Assembly (NCBI GenBank): GCA_964658305.1
Contig: OZ210885.1
Coordinates: forward strand, 6,200,001-6,264,000
Direction: 5' to 3'
Source of the DNA: Leptogorgia sarmentosa
Taxonomy: Eukaryota
Length of the DNA stretch: 64,000 nt
The translations under genes were made by a program, and so were the position numbers. Below are positions 26,290-39,655 of the stretch, one piece after another; position 1 is the first letter of the stretch; the number at the start of each line of letters is the position of its first letter. Under the pieces are notes generated by a model, which searched no databases, had not been told where the DNA came from, and worked only from the letters and a program-made list of their open reading frames with translations.

Positions 26290-28253
26290 TATAGGATAGA
26301 CAATGATCATGCGTGGTCAGTGGGATATAGAGAATTAGATCCTGAGAATTAGATACACATGAAGGCTGTAGGCCTGAGTGGTCGTCTAACTTACTAAATT
26401 GTAGGGAGTTTATATCCCACTGAACACAAGTGATTATTGTCTATCCGACTTAGAACATGATCTCAGCCACGAGGAATATTTGTCTTTAAAGTTATTTTGT
26501 CTTAAAGTCTAAAATGAAATTATCCTTAGCATTCTTATTGCGGGGTAAAGAAATAAGATTTACTCTTTGATGTTGTGATTTGCTACCTACACTGGCCACG
26601 TTTTTAAGAAATAATAGCACCCGTAGTGACTCTATTTGAGTGACTCTTAGTATGCTCTATATTGAGCATACAAATGAATCAAATAGCCTCGCTACGAGTG
26701 CAAGAATTAATAGTCTATAAGACATAGAGCACTGAAATACTTGTTTCTAATTGGCCTAGTGGCTGTGATTATGTTTCAAATATGACACATGCAGCTGCAG
26801 CTAAAACCTGTATAATTGTGAAGGAACTTGCAGCTTGAGCAAGTCTTAAAGATCATTTGCATGAGAGATTTACACGTTCAATTTCTCAGCTTTTCTGCTT
26901 TAGACATAATCTGGACTAATTATTGAATACATAATTCAAAATGTAGCACTTCAGTACTAACCAAAATGAATATATTTACACAACAATTTATTATATGTTA
27001 TGTTTCAGTTCTATAACTGCAAACAATATGAACACATCTTGGCTATCAAGCCAACACTTGGAATGCATTAATAAGCATTATGCATGTGAACACTCAACAC
27101 AGCATGTATTACATATATAATAATGAAATCAAGTTTGCACTTTCAACAATAATTGTTCTTAGACATGAACATGAGTAATAAGCCCTTTTTGAATTTGGTC
27201 CTAACTGTTGTGAACAATATAACTGTTTATTACTGTGTACAACATTACACTCGATTATTGTACTACGAACATGATCACAGCCAATCAGAAATGAGTATTT
27301 CAGTGGTTTATATCTTAGAGACTATTAATTCTTGCATTCGTAGTAAGTCTATTTGATTCATTTGTATGCTCTACATAGAGCATTATTACTTTGGCTATAA
27401 AATAAAAGAGAACAATAGCCTCTTTAGTGTGCTCTACAGTATATACAGTAAAGCATACGAATGAATCAAATAGACTCACTACCAGTGAGCACTATTATTT
27501 CTTTAAAACGTGGCCAGTGTAGGTAGTGGATCACAACATCAAAGAGCAGCAAGGGTTTTACTCACTACCTAAACGACAAAACATATTCCACGTTTCGAGC
27601 AAAGGCCCTTCGTCTGGAAATTAGTAGTGTACTTTAGTCACTACTAATTCCCGATGGAGGGCCTTCGCTCGGAAGGATGAGGTAGTGAGGGGTAGTGAGT
27701 AAAACCCTAGCTGCTCTTTGATGTTGTGATCCGCTACCTACTGTATACTGGCCACGTTTTAAAGAAATAATACTGCTCACTGGTAGTGAGTCTATTTGAT
27801 TCATTCGCATGCTCTACTGTAAATAAAGCATACTAAAGAGGCTATTTCTCTCTTTTGTTTTATAGCCAAATTAGTATGCTCTAGATCTATACAGAGCATA
27901 CAAATGAATCAAATTATTCAAATAGACTTACTACGAGTGCAAGAATGAATGGTCGAATCTGTTTTATCGTTAAGGTAGTGATTAAAACCCTTATTTTAAA
28001 AAATACTTCTTTACATTACTATAAGAATGCTAATGACAATTTCATTTTAGACTTTAAAGACAAAATTACTTAAAAGACAAATATTCCTAATGTATGTGAT
28101 TTCTGTGATCATGTTCTAAGTCGGATAAACAATAATCACTTGTGTTCAGTGAGGTATAAACTCCCTTGAATTTTGTTAGATGACCACCGAGGCCTACGGC
28201 CCTCTTGGCCGTCTATATCCCACTATACACACATGATTGTTGTCTATCCTATA
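26290..28253. mobile_element. Old fold-back element with ~250-bp inverted ends, each containing a hairpin
   Basis: 26290-26540 (TATAGGATAGACAA..CCGACTTAGAACATGATC..AAAGTCTAAAATGAAATT) is inverted at ~28020-28253. Confidence 0.7.
27324..27950. repeat. ~620-bp palindrome resembling inverted Penelope-like terminal repeats; partial copies at ~26563-26720 and ~30890-30982
   Basis: The arms are reverse complements around a centre at ~27632. Central motif TTTCGAGCAAAGGCCCTTCGTC. Confidence 0.75.
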
Positions 28254-28322
28254 CAGGTACATTGGTCTGCTTGATGTGCTTACACCATTTACCAAACAGG
28301 TGTGAATGACCTTTTTCCTGGT

Positions 28323-31300
28323 CTATAACAGGCCAAACCCAACACAATCCTTTATTGCGGAGGTCATAATTTCCTTCATTTCCTCTCCGTTACAGATGTG
28401 GACTGGCATTTTCACCTGAAGATCACAAGTCGATGTGGTTGGTCGACACCTGCAGTTTTCTTTGCAGCCATGCACAAAAGTGAGGGTGAACTTTTTGGGA
28501 AAGCCAAGAACAGGGACAAACTTGGTTCCTGATATCCATTTCATTAGTATTGAAATGGATATGTCACCTGTAAAAGATTGTGATCATACATGTAAATAAG
28601 ATAACTTGATATTATTTTACTTAAAGTACAGTTTCAGGGCTCAAAATAACAGCCGAAATACATGTATCTCCGATCAAGATGACCAGTCAACCTCATTTTA
28701 GCTCGATCGAATTGGTTATTGACCTGTCACTAATACACATAATTTACACTATTAACGTGAACAAATAATTTGTTTTGAGACACACAAATTCTCTTGTTTG
28801 ACGTTTTAAATGCTGAAGACGTTATCATGCATGGTTACTATAGTGCTTTCGGGGAAATCACCAATGGCAACGTTGGCCAAATACAAATAAAATTTCAGTG
28901 TAGAAGGATGAGCAAATTAATTTTCACTCAACAAAAAATCTCCATCGGTTTAGGGGTTGTCATTACGACTTTTTTAAGCATGGGTGTCTTGTTAAAAACC
29001 CCTAAAAGGGTTGTTTGTCGATTTGAATCATATGATTTTCCCGCCTTCGCAGCATTTTGTGTAGTATGACTACCTTGGACTTGGCATGTACATTCGCTAC
29101 ATTTTCCAACAAGGAAATTTTCTCCGCTGTAACAGGGTGTTTTATCGGACCAAGTGACAGAACATATGTTACAAATTGAAGTCTTGCAAGAAATGTAACG
29201 GTATTTGATATTTTTCTGTCCACACTTCCAACAATCCATAATCGCCTCACAGAAAACAACCTTATTAGAACACTTTTTGAAAACAAAATTGAAACCTTTC
29301 AAGTTCAACCAGGATATAATTATTTACGCTTTTTCAAGAAAAAACACGTTTTGATGGTGTATAGAGTAACTGCATTCTTGACAAGAAATACGCAATCTTT
29401 CCCTGGCAATATTTCAGCAGAACACTGAAAAGAAAACCGACTAATAATTTTTGCGGAAGACGTGAAAATGTGGCCGGTCAAACTGACTGGCAAGGTAAAA
29501 AAGTCAACAGCATTTTTGGCCAGTCATTGTCTGTTGACCTGCTGTTATTTTGAGCCCTACGGGTTTGAATGAAATATTTAAGAGTAAATAGCAATTTTCT
29601 ACTTATTACCTACTACTATGCAATAAAAAGTGAATAGCAACTAGATGGCCACTATATGATATACTGTGATATGATATGTTGTGTGATATGGTACTCTATG
29701 TTTATTAATCGACATCGTACTTTTGTTTTGAGTTTGCTGCAGAGCGATTTATGTAGACCGATTTTGCGTTAACAGTATGAAATGTAGCAGATTAAAGCAT
29801 TAAGGAAAATACCCAATACTTGACCTTCATACATACAATCTACCACAAAATGTGAAGGTCAAAATGTGAAGATAGGTCACCGATGAAACTAATAAGTAAA
29901 ATCATTAAAATTCAAAGAAGATGTAAAATACCCGCTGAAATTCTCCTTACATACTTTACTGGGTGTGTAATTGATATATGTGGCTGCATGTTAGTTGTTT
30001 TTAGTGTCCATGTGACACATATTGAGTCATATCGAAGAACACACAAGGCATAAATTTTGATCTACATTACATACCATCTTCTGGAAGTGATTCCACATAA
30101 TCACAAAAATACTTGTAGGCATCAACCTCCTTTTCCTTGAGTATTTGAGACATACTGAATGATGGGAGAATTTCTTCAATAAGTGCATCTGACGACATAT
30201 GGAATATGGCATTGCTTGGATCAAATATTGGTCCCCATAGCTCAGGGGAATCACGCATAGAGGACAAGATGCTGCAACAACTTAAACCCTCTTCCAACTG
30301 CATTAATGATGGCAGTGCATCAGAAAAGTGCTCTTTCATACAAATGGACCTAAATTTGGTAACAAAAACAGATTCACATAAGTCAAAAATTTTTTTTCAT
30401 GTTATTGCTGATACCTTTAAAGAGAGAACTCTACTCCCAAAACAAGTTGGGCTTATAATGAAAGATCCTATGCTTATTACACAGGGCACAGATTTGCACT
30501 AATTTGCAACCCAGTGCAAAAGTGCCATTGCTGTAATCGCATCAAATTTGCAAGTTTGCAAATATTTTAGCAAATTTAGAAACCAAATTATGGACGAAAA
30601 TACCCACTAATTCACTTGTGCAAATGAAAGGTAATTTTTGCCAAAATTATCCTATACCCACTAACGAACAAGAGAATTCAAAAAAGAGAATTGTATTTAC
30701 CAATATGAGGGTAAAAATTTAATTACCAATCCAAATTTGAACAAAATTTGCACTATAGCAAATTCGATGCGATTACGGCAATGGCAACTTTGCAGGGGGT
30801 TGCAAAGTTGGTGCAAATTTGTTTTTTGTTTGTCACGTGTTGTTTTAATATATTCACTTATATAAAACACATGTTTTTGGCCCGACCCCCACTACTAATT
30901 CCCGACAAAAGCTCTTCGCTCGAAATGACGAATGTTATTGAATCATTTAAGTAGTGAGTAAATTCCTTGCTGCTTTTTGATAGTTATGGGATTTCCTGGG
31001 ACATTTTGAAAAAGATAAAAAACATTTATTCACTTACTTAATGATGTTTGAGACACTTGCTTTAGTCTCTCTTTGAGGAACTCCAGTATACCCAACTTCA
31101 GAAAGTACATCTAATACATCATCACTTACAAGTACTTCTCTCAATTCTTCATCATCAGGTGCACTTGTTATCTGTAATGATATTCATATACTAGACATCA
31201 ATTAACTAGAAATACATGCATGCAGAACCCCCTTGCCTGCACTGAAGGAAAATACACACATCCCAATTTCATTGTAACATGAAGTACCGTATTTTCTCAA

Positions 31301-33846
31301 ATTGGTAAAATAGTGATAAGATATGTCCTTTTAATTATAAAATTATCAAAAGCCTATATCAAAAAAGCTATATGTATGCTATTATGTATTCTTTTAGCTT
31401 TGATATACCGTACCGGTACTGAAAATTCAACTTGACATCTTACAGTATGTAATGCTTTGAAATTTTCATAAAATTTTGCTAGCAGTAATTTCTTGTTATT
31501 TTTCTTGTAAAATGTTAATTAATTATATAATTGACATTTTACAGCAACTAATAAATCTGTTAATATGGGAATAAACATATTGCCTATAACGTACAACTAC
31601 TTCAGCATACCTTATCTACAACTTCCTTATACATTTTCAAGTCTTCTGTGGAGGGCTGCTGTTTTGTGAGGTATCTGTAAACATTTGCATTGAAAAACCA
31701 AGGTGATGGCCCACCCTGAAGAATTGACATGGCAATGACTTCACCAGCTAAACGAAAATCTTGGTTGATCAATGAAACTGTAGAGTTAATTGGCTTTCCA
31801 TCACGAAATAGCCTCCTCTCAATGTATTCCAACAGTTCTAAGTAAAAAATTACAAAAACACATATGTTAAGGTGGCTCGATACAGTTTTTTTAAAAAAAT
31901 GGAAATTTCCGATTTAGATCCGTATTTTTGGAAAATTGTTACCTATTTGTAAATAAGGAGTACTTTTGTTATGTAAAACAACATCTAAATAGTTTGAATT
32001 CTTTCACAAAAGTTGCACAACTGCCGTTGCTATGGCAACAATTACGTTTCAAAATGGCAGATATTTTGGCTTGAAAGTAATTTAACTCGAAAACGACATC
32101 AGTGATCCCCTATTTTTATTTCAGAAAATATTTTCTCTTGGTATATTGAATTGCTTTGTCAACTTTAAAAAAATTCTATCATGCCAAAAAAATTTAAATT
32201 AGGAAAATGCGATTATTAACAAAAACGTTGATTTGGCATGATAGAATTTTTTTTAAATCGACAAAGTAATTCAATATACTAAGCAAAAATATTTTCTGAA
32301 ATAAAAATAGGGGGTCACCAAGGTCCTTTCTGAGTTCAATTACTTTAAAGCCAAAATATCCGCAATTTTGAAACGTCATTGTTGCCATAGCAACGGCAGT
32401 TGTGCAACTTTTGTGAAAGAATTCAAATTAAACCCTTTAGATGTTGTTTTACATAACAAAGGTACTCTTCACCTTCAAACAGATGATAATTTAAAAAAAA
32501 AACGGATCTAAATCGTAAATTTCCATTTTTTAAACAACTGTATCGAGCCACCTTAAGTATGGGTAAAGGCATGAATGCAAAAAAATGACCATTTAAGTAA
32601 AACAAGAACTCAAAATACCAGAAAAAAACTCTCTTTTGGGCCCACCATCATCGATTGCAGGTTCACCAATGAAAGTAATTTTAACCAAATCAGCTGGCGA
32701 AACTTTCCCATTCGACCAATACTTTTTGAAATCGACCCACACATATTTCCTTCTAAGATTTAATCTTGTGACCTTGGTTGTCATTACAGTTTCTTTTATT
32801 TTCAATATCACCTCTTTAACGTTTTCACAGGCCACTGTGGTTGCAGCTGGGGGATTTGGATTTGGCAAATCAGAGTCTTCGCTGCTTGTGTGACCATCAT
32901 TGACAGACCCCACCCAAATATCACAGCACATGTCAGCATGCTCTGCAATACTTTCTAATGGGAAAAAACAATGGCATGTAGGGCATTCAATCAGCTTTTC
33001 CACAACATCTTGATTCTCATTGCAATGGGGATATGTAGATGATACCATTTCGCGATAAGGAGAAACGTCTTGAAGCTCTTTATGCTCACGTGATGTGGAT
33101 GGGTTAGTTCCATTGGTTGGTGGAATACTTGGACTTGGGTTAACAATTCTATAACTGCGATCATTTAACACAAAATCATTTTCAGAATCATCATCATCAC
33201 TATCCCAAGCCAATTTTTTAAGTTTAGACATTTCTGCTTGCATGAAATATGATTTCAACGCAATATAAAGAGTGATGCGGTTATAGTTTTTGCCAATGTC
33301 CTCCTTGTATTTACTCAGTACAAATTCATCATTTGTGCCAGGAAGGGTGATTATTTCGTTGCCATCTCCATTTAACAAAACATGTTCAAGTTCTCCTAAA
33401 ATGTTCTTGTCATGGTTGGCATGCTTCCTTACGGATTTTTCCAAAATTTCATTTCTCCCGGCAAATGATGAAACCTTAATTGGAAGTGTTTTCCCTCGGC
33501 ATTTTTTTAAATTTATGCCATCGTTGTCCAGCTTCATGTAGCCAACATTGATGCTTACTTCTACCTCTGGAATTTTCTCTGAGACTTTAATTTTTTTCTT
33601 TTTGGGCTCAAACTTACTTTGCCGATCTGTTTCCTTTCGCTTCATGAAATCTTTGAAACTAACAGTGCTAGCGCCGGTCTTCTGGCCGATTGTTTTTGCG
33701 ACAGTCGAAGCAACGCTATTTGAGCTTTCTGCCTGCTGACTGTGCTGAGACCCACAGCTTTCTACGTTTGATACAAAAGATTGCCCGCAATTATGACAAA
33801 AATTACCATTTGTTATTCTTTTGGTGCCACATTTACTACAAAACAT
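28323..33846 (-). CDS. Zinc-ribbon + UBZ + HECT E3 ubiquitin ligase (G2E3-like HECT), 5 exons, 702 aa, intact
   Basis: Exons 33846-32619, 31837-31611, 31171-31038, 30349-30075 and 28567-28323. All introns are GT-AG with compatible phases (1,0,2,1), giving 2109 nt without stops. Motifs: FCSKCG..FCHNCG; CPTC..IAEHADMC; FIGEPAIDDGGPKREFFS; FRLAGEVIAMSILQGGP; WISG; RPTTSTC; C-terminal GFGLL*. Confidence 0.9.
28635..29559. mobile_element. Old non-autonomous DNA transposon in HECT intron 4
   Basis: TIR CAGGGCTCAAAATAACAG / CTGTTATTTTGAGCCCT. The TSD is degenerate. Confidence 0.75.
30480..30822. mobile_element. MITE in HECT intron 3
   Basis: ATTTGCACTAATTTGCAACCC..TGCCATTGCTGTAATCGCATCAAATTTGC is inverted at 30759-30820. 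Confidence 0.7.
31871..32552. mobile_element. Kolobok-type palindromic MITE in HECT intron 1
   Basis: TTAA|GGTGGCTCGATACAGTT..AACTGTATCGAGCCACC|TTAA. The arms are complementary over ~330 bp. Confidence 0.9.
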
Positions 33847-34239
33847 TATGCAAATGAACGATCCGACGGATTCAATACGAAGTCAGATTATTTTCGACAA
33901 CAAAGCCCTGTGACAAAGCCAAGAAGGCAAGAAACGAAATTAACGATTGGCTGCTCGTCAGTGCTTCCACTTTCGAATTTCAAATTTCCATATATTTCAT
34001 AGTTATATTCGTGCATCATATGACGTGCATGAACAGTTATTATTTAATGGGGGGGGGGGGGGGGCTACTAGAATTGAGGCGGGCAATGTTTTAATACAGT
34101 AAATTCATATTTAGGGAGGGTCATGTTTTTAAAAACGGCGATTTAGGGAGGGCCCACTCTTTTAAAACCAATGTTCTCTACAGAGTGCATAAAAAAACTC
34201 AACAGATGTGAAATCGCTCTCAACTTCTGGTTAATGTTA

Positions 34240-34540
34240 CAAGGCCGTCGGAAGCGGGGGGGGGGCTGGGGGGGCTTGAGCCCCCCAATAATTTTTACAT
34301 GTACAAAAAAAACCAAAACAAAACACCCAGACTAGAAAAATGCGAACCTGATCTTCAGAATTCTGGAAAATGTACTTCCCAAAACGCTGGAAATCCTATT
34401 TTCGGGGGTTCTAGATTTCAAAATTTTCTACGGGGGGCATACCCCCAAGCAGTGCGAACGCCTTTGGCATTCGCCTAGTGCAGTAGTGCTCAGGCTTTTG
34501 GCGAGCCCCCCCCAATGTATATTTGCTTCCGACGGCCTTG
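34240..34540. mobile_element. hAT-like MITE
   Basis: Perfect 16-bp TIR CAAGGCCGTCGGAAGC / GCTTCCGACGGCCTTG. The TSD is unclear. Confidence 0.8.
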
Positions 34541-35399
34541 ATGTAGATTGTTTGGGTACTTAATTTAAATCATCAGAACCCAGGGGAGGGTGTCGTTTCC
34601 ACCAGAAGAAAAACGGCTTGCGCACGAAATTTAAACGCTTAAAATTAATTTTGAGTTAGTGGACGGAAACCTTGTTGGGTTTTGTATTGCTGCTTAAAAT
34701 TTCAGAAAATTGCTTAAGTTTAAGCCCTTCAAAACGTCGCGCAAACATTTGTTTTGGAATAATAAGCTTTTTATATCCCTAATTACCTAATCTGCATAAT
34801 ACAAATTAGCTATAAGCGAATTTTAGCATGCAAAACGCTAAGTATTGTAAAAAAACGAAAGTTAGCGCAACGTTTTAGGGTTACACTTAAGGGTTACACT
34901 CAAGCAACTTAGATCTTTTAGTGGGTTTCTTTCCGTTTAACACGTGGTTTAACTCGCAGCTCGCATGATTTCATGCATGAATGACTGCTCGGACACTAAA
35001 CGAACAATTGAACCGTTCGTGCATGAAAAACGTTACACGAACTGCGAGGTGAACAGAAAAAAAGCCAAGTTTATTGTCCGCGCGGCGGACTTAATATTCG
35101 TCAAATTTTCTGAAACTTTCATTCGTGATAAAAAATTACCCAAATTTTAGTCCATTAACTTAAAGTGGATTTTAAACCCATCATTCATGTTTGCACAAAC
35201 CATTCAAAATGAGACTTCTACAAAGCGCTCTCTCTTTTGTCCAGGTTAAATTTTCTGTTTGTTCTTAGTGTTAGATTGAACTTAACATGCTAAAGTGCTA
35301 TACTAATACAAATCTTTATGATAATTTGAAAAATTAATAGTATTTTATAGAATTTAGACATTTAAAAATTGTCTACTTTTTTTATACACCCTGTAGTAC

Positions 35400-35552
35400 T
35401 TATAGAGTTTATGGCGTGATGATTTTCCAACTGAATCGGTTTCAAATATCTCAGCAAGATATTTAGCCAAGGCATGCGTTGTTGAACCTTGGGAAGCTGC
35501 AATAGGTCTTAGGGGGACATTGGGCTTATGTATCTTAGGTAAGCCATATATA
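35400..35552 (-). mobile_element. Penelope-like RT fragment
   Basis: YGLPKIHKPNVPLRPIAASQGSTTHALAKYL. Confidence 0.8.
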
Positions 35553-36559
35553 AAAAACCCACTCATTTTTATCTGTTGGAAAAGACACACCCCGGGTATT
35601 GAAAATTTAAATCTCAAATTTTTCTGCTTATTTTTCATTATAAGCCCCCAAAAAATCCAAAAGATGGTACATGCATGCAAAAGAGTACGAAAGTCTTGAA
35701 CGTTTCTGTTTTGGATATGCCAGAGAGAGAAAATTCTCAAACAATGTAAAAAACAATATTGTGTCGAAATTGCGGTAACAATGTTCAGGGCCACGTGTCT
35801 CCTTCCATGTACCAAAGGATGGCAAAAGTATTTTCCATCATTTTAGTAGCCCTCCCCCCAATACATAATTTAATGATAACTCCCAGTGGCATCGCCAGGC
35901 TGTTCAGACTGCGCGGGGGGACGACGCGAGCGCCAAAGACGCAAGACCTTTTTTGGGGGGGGGGGGTTCGGGGGCATCCTCCCCCGCCGAAAAAAATTAT
36001 TTGTAGGGTCTCTATATAACGCTATTTCTCGCATTTTCATGTAAGTTTTATGATGATAAGCTGAAAGACATGCATCGGCACCAGTTTTTACAAAAACAAA
36101 TTTCTGTTGGTAGCTAGTCTAATTAAATGTGTCACCAAGAAGCCACACATTGGCAATTTTTGTTATAAACAAACAGCTTTTACAATTAAGGCAACTTTCT
36201 GTTGCTGGCTAATTTAAATGTGTTAACAAGATTATCCAACTCAGTCTTGTCTGCATTGTCTCTTTTTATTCTGATACGCCGACATATCAAGAAGATTTGA
36301 ACCCATTGCACAATAGCGAAGGTTTTACTTGCGGTCTTGATCTGACGAAATGTTCGTTACGTTATGTTATTCTTCGAGAGGTAAAAGTCTTTTACTTTCG
36401 TTAATACGCATACCGTAAATGATCGATTAAGCGCCACTAGGCTTATTAGGCTACATACCTCTAAATAAAGATGCGGCGCTTTTTACATTATTTTAATTAT
36501 CTTATTTAAGAGTGGCGCTTATTCGACAGCTGCACTTATTTAAAAAGTGAATGAGGCAC

Positions 36560-38450
36560 TGATAAATAACCAAAGTTAAATCTGCAATTCAACTCCAGAA
36601 GAAAAATTTTTATTCTGAGAAAGTACGACACCTTAAAAAGAGCGACTGCAGAACTTGGTGGAACAATCAAACACTAAATCACCAATTCACCTTGAGGAAA
36701 ATGGCACCATCCTTACTAATGATAAATTAGTTACAACTTTAAACCAATTCTTTTTGTCTGTAAATGACGATGTCCCATCCCTAGACCTGCATAGTTTACC
36801 AGCCTTTTTACCTGCTGCTGACCAATCACCTACCATACACCCCTACCAAGTTTGTAAAAAGTTAATTAATCTTAACCCCTTTAAAGCCACTGGCCCTGAT
36901 ACCTTACACCTCGCATCATCAAGGAATTTTCTTACGAATTGTCTGACCCACTTGCACAAATTTTTAACCTATCCTTATCCTCTGCCACTACCCCTTCTTC
37001 TTGGAAGTCCTCGAATATTTTCCCAATCGCAGAAGAAACATCTCCCAAAGAAAAAAGTGATCTACGCCCAAACTCCCTAACGTCATGTATATCAAAAGTT
37101 CTAGAGGAATTTGTCGTTGAATGGATCTTAGAGGATATTGGACATCGTATAGATCCAAAACAATTTGGATGTCTGCGTGGTTCATCAAGTACCTTATGCT
37201 TACTTGATATATTTCATTCTTGGCTTTCCAAACTGGATGTTGATGGATCCTCATTGTGGATTGTCTTACTAGACTAAAGTACGCGGTAAGGCTTTTGCCA
37301 GAATCAAATTGAATGTATTGGTTACTAAACTGATTGACATGGGCCTCCGCGCAGATCTCTTATTCCATTGATATGTGATTTTCTAACTGATCGCACGCAG
37401 AGAGTTAAAATTGGGAAATCAGTCTCTGAGTGGGCACAAGTGAATGCCGGTGTCCCCCAAGGAACTAAATTAGGACCTGTTTTGTTTTTGGTTATGGTGA
37501 ACGATTTGAATACATTACACTCCGATAATTGGAAGTACGTCGATGATCTTACCATCTCTGAAATCATTCCGAAATACAGCCATTCTAACATGCAATATGA
37601 ATTAGACCATATATCTAACTGGTGTGACTTGAACTATATGAAACTTAATTCAAAGAAGTGCAAAGAACTGAGAGTTAACTTTCAACGTAATACGCCAAAT
37701 TTGCTAGAGTTGTCACAGTTCACCATTAATGGAACAGTAATGATTGAAACTGATACTAATCATAAATTGCTAGGTCTTCAAATTCAAAACTTCTTAAAAT
37801 GGAATGCACACGTTGAAAACATTACCAAGAAAGCTGCAAAACGCTTGTGTATTATTCGCATACCAAAGCGTAGTGGAGTACCTGAAGACCTGATACGTAT
37901 ATACATATCCCTCATTCGTTCCATTCTGGATTACGCATGTTCTGTGTGGCATACCCGACTTCCATGCTACCTTATAGAGAAGATTGAACATATACAGAAT
38001 CGCTTCTTTCGCATTATATACCCCGATTTATCTTATCGAGATGCTTTAGCTCTTACTGAATGCCCAAGTCTTGAAGACAATCGCCAAAGATTGTGTTTTA
38101 AACATTTTAATAACCTTATAACCCAACCGGGTTCGAAACTTTCGCACTTAATACCTCGTTCTAAGTATGCATGAATCGCATGGACGATTAGTTCGTAGTG
38201 GACGCAATTTGACTTCGTATAAATGTACGTAGAACGGACAGATTCAAAAATAGTTTTTTCCAGCTATGAAGGTTAGTACTTGTAACCAGCAATAATTAAG
38301 TTTTTATAATATAGAATTCCAGTATTATTACTGTAATGCATAGTTTTATTTTTATCTTAACCTTTAACACGCTTCTAATATATAACGTAATTCACCTTGA
38401 TGGTACGAATTTATATAAATTTTCAATAAAATTCAAATTCAAGTTCAAAT
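36560..38450 (+). mobile_element. Decayed 5'-truncated L2/CR1-group LINE
   Basis: KATGPD, DLRPNSLTS, KQFG, GVPQGTKLGP and KYVDD over several frames. Tail AATAAAATTCAAATTCAAGTTCAAA. Confidence 0.9.
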
Positions 38451-39129
38451 ACGGCACATATTGCCTTGTGGGAATCCAATCAAATTTGGGCCGAGTTAGT
38501 CAGTGGGCCGACGCTTAGCTCTATTTTTCATCCAGCGAACATGCGCTGACTATTTATTCCTTATTTATATGTATTGTATGTAGCAGATATGCAGGGTAGT
38601 AGCCTGAGGAATTTAGACCCTATGTGAGGCGCGGGAGATAATGCCAGCTAGCAGAGTAGCTGTGTATGTCGGGTCGGATTGAGCTCGTTGAATACGAAAG
38701 GTTGTCTGGGTATGCAATCCGAATCCAATCGAAGGGAAGGTCGTCAAATTTTTTTTGGATATCTAATCGCAAAAACATTTGGTGTTAGGCCGAATTTTTT
38801 ACCCAAACTTTTACTATAAAAATTATCGACCATTTTCAAAAAAATGCGCCCACCCCCCTCCCATGCAACTACCATGCATGGTTCTAGTATATAAGTATAT
38901 AGACAGACGATCTCAATTATAAATAAAGTCTAACTCAAAAGTCAGTCCGATCCGATAGAACTTCATTTCAATAATAACTTCATGTGAACAAAAACTTCAT
39001 TTGAATAACTAAGGTTAAAATAGTGTGTGATGAAATGTGATGATCTCTCTTTCAGCGTCAGGCATCTTGTATTGCGATGGGAAGGGACTATAAGGATCAA
39101 TTGGGGGCACTGTAATTTTCCGTCTCATT

Positions 39130-39655
39130 TTCGCGTTGTGACTATTTGTTCGCGTTGTGACTATTTGTTTGCGTTGTGACTATTTGTTTGCGTTGTGACT
39201 ATTTGTTTGCGTTGTGACTATTTGTTTGCGTTGTGACTATTTGTTTGCGTTGTGACTATTTGTTTGCGTTGTGACTATTTGTTCGCGTTGTGACTATTTG
39301 TTCGCGTTGTGACTATTTGTTTGCGTTGTGACTATTTGTTCGCGTTGTGACTATTTGTTTGCGTTGTGACTATTTGTTTGCGTTGTGACTATTTGTTTGC
39401 GTTGTGACTATTTGTTTGCGTTGTGACTATTTGTTTGCGTTGTAACTATTTGTTTGCGTTGTGACTATTTGTTTGCGTTGTGACTATTTGTTTGCGTTGT
39501 AACTATTTGTTTGCGTTGTGACTATTTGTTTGCGTTGTGACTATTTGTTCGCGTTGTGACTATTATTGTTCGCGTTGTGACTATTATTGTTCGCGTTGTG
39601 ACTATTATTGTTCGCGTTGTGACTATTATTGTTCGCGTTGTGACTATTATTGTTT
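39130..39655 (-). repeat. 19/21-bp tandem array in the right TIR (~27 units)
   Basis: Reverse complement of the 24338-24708 array: GTTTGCGTTGTGACTATTT and GTTCGCGTTGTGACTATTATT. Confidence 0.97.
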
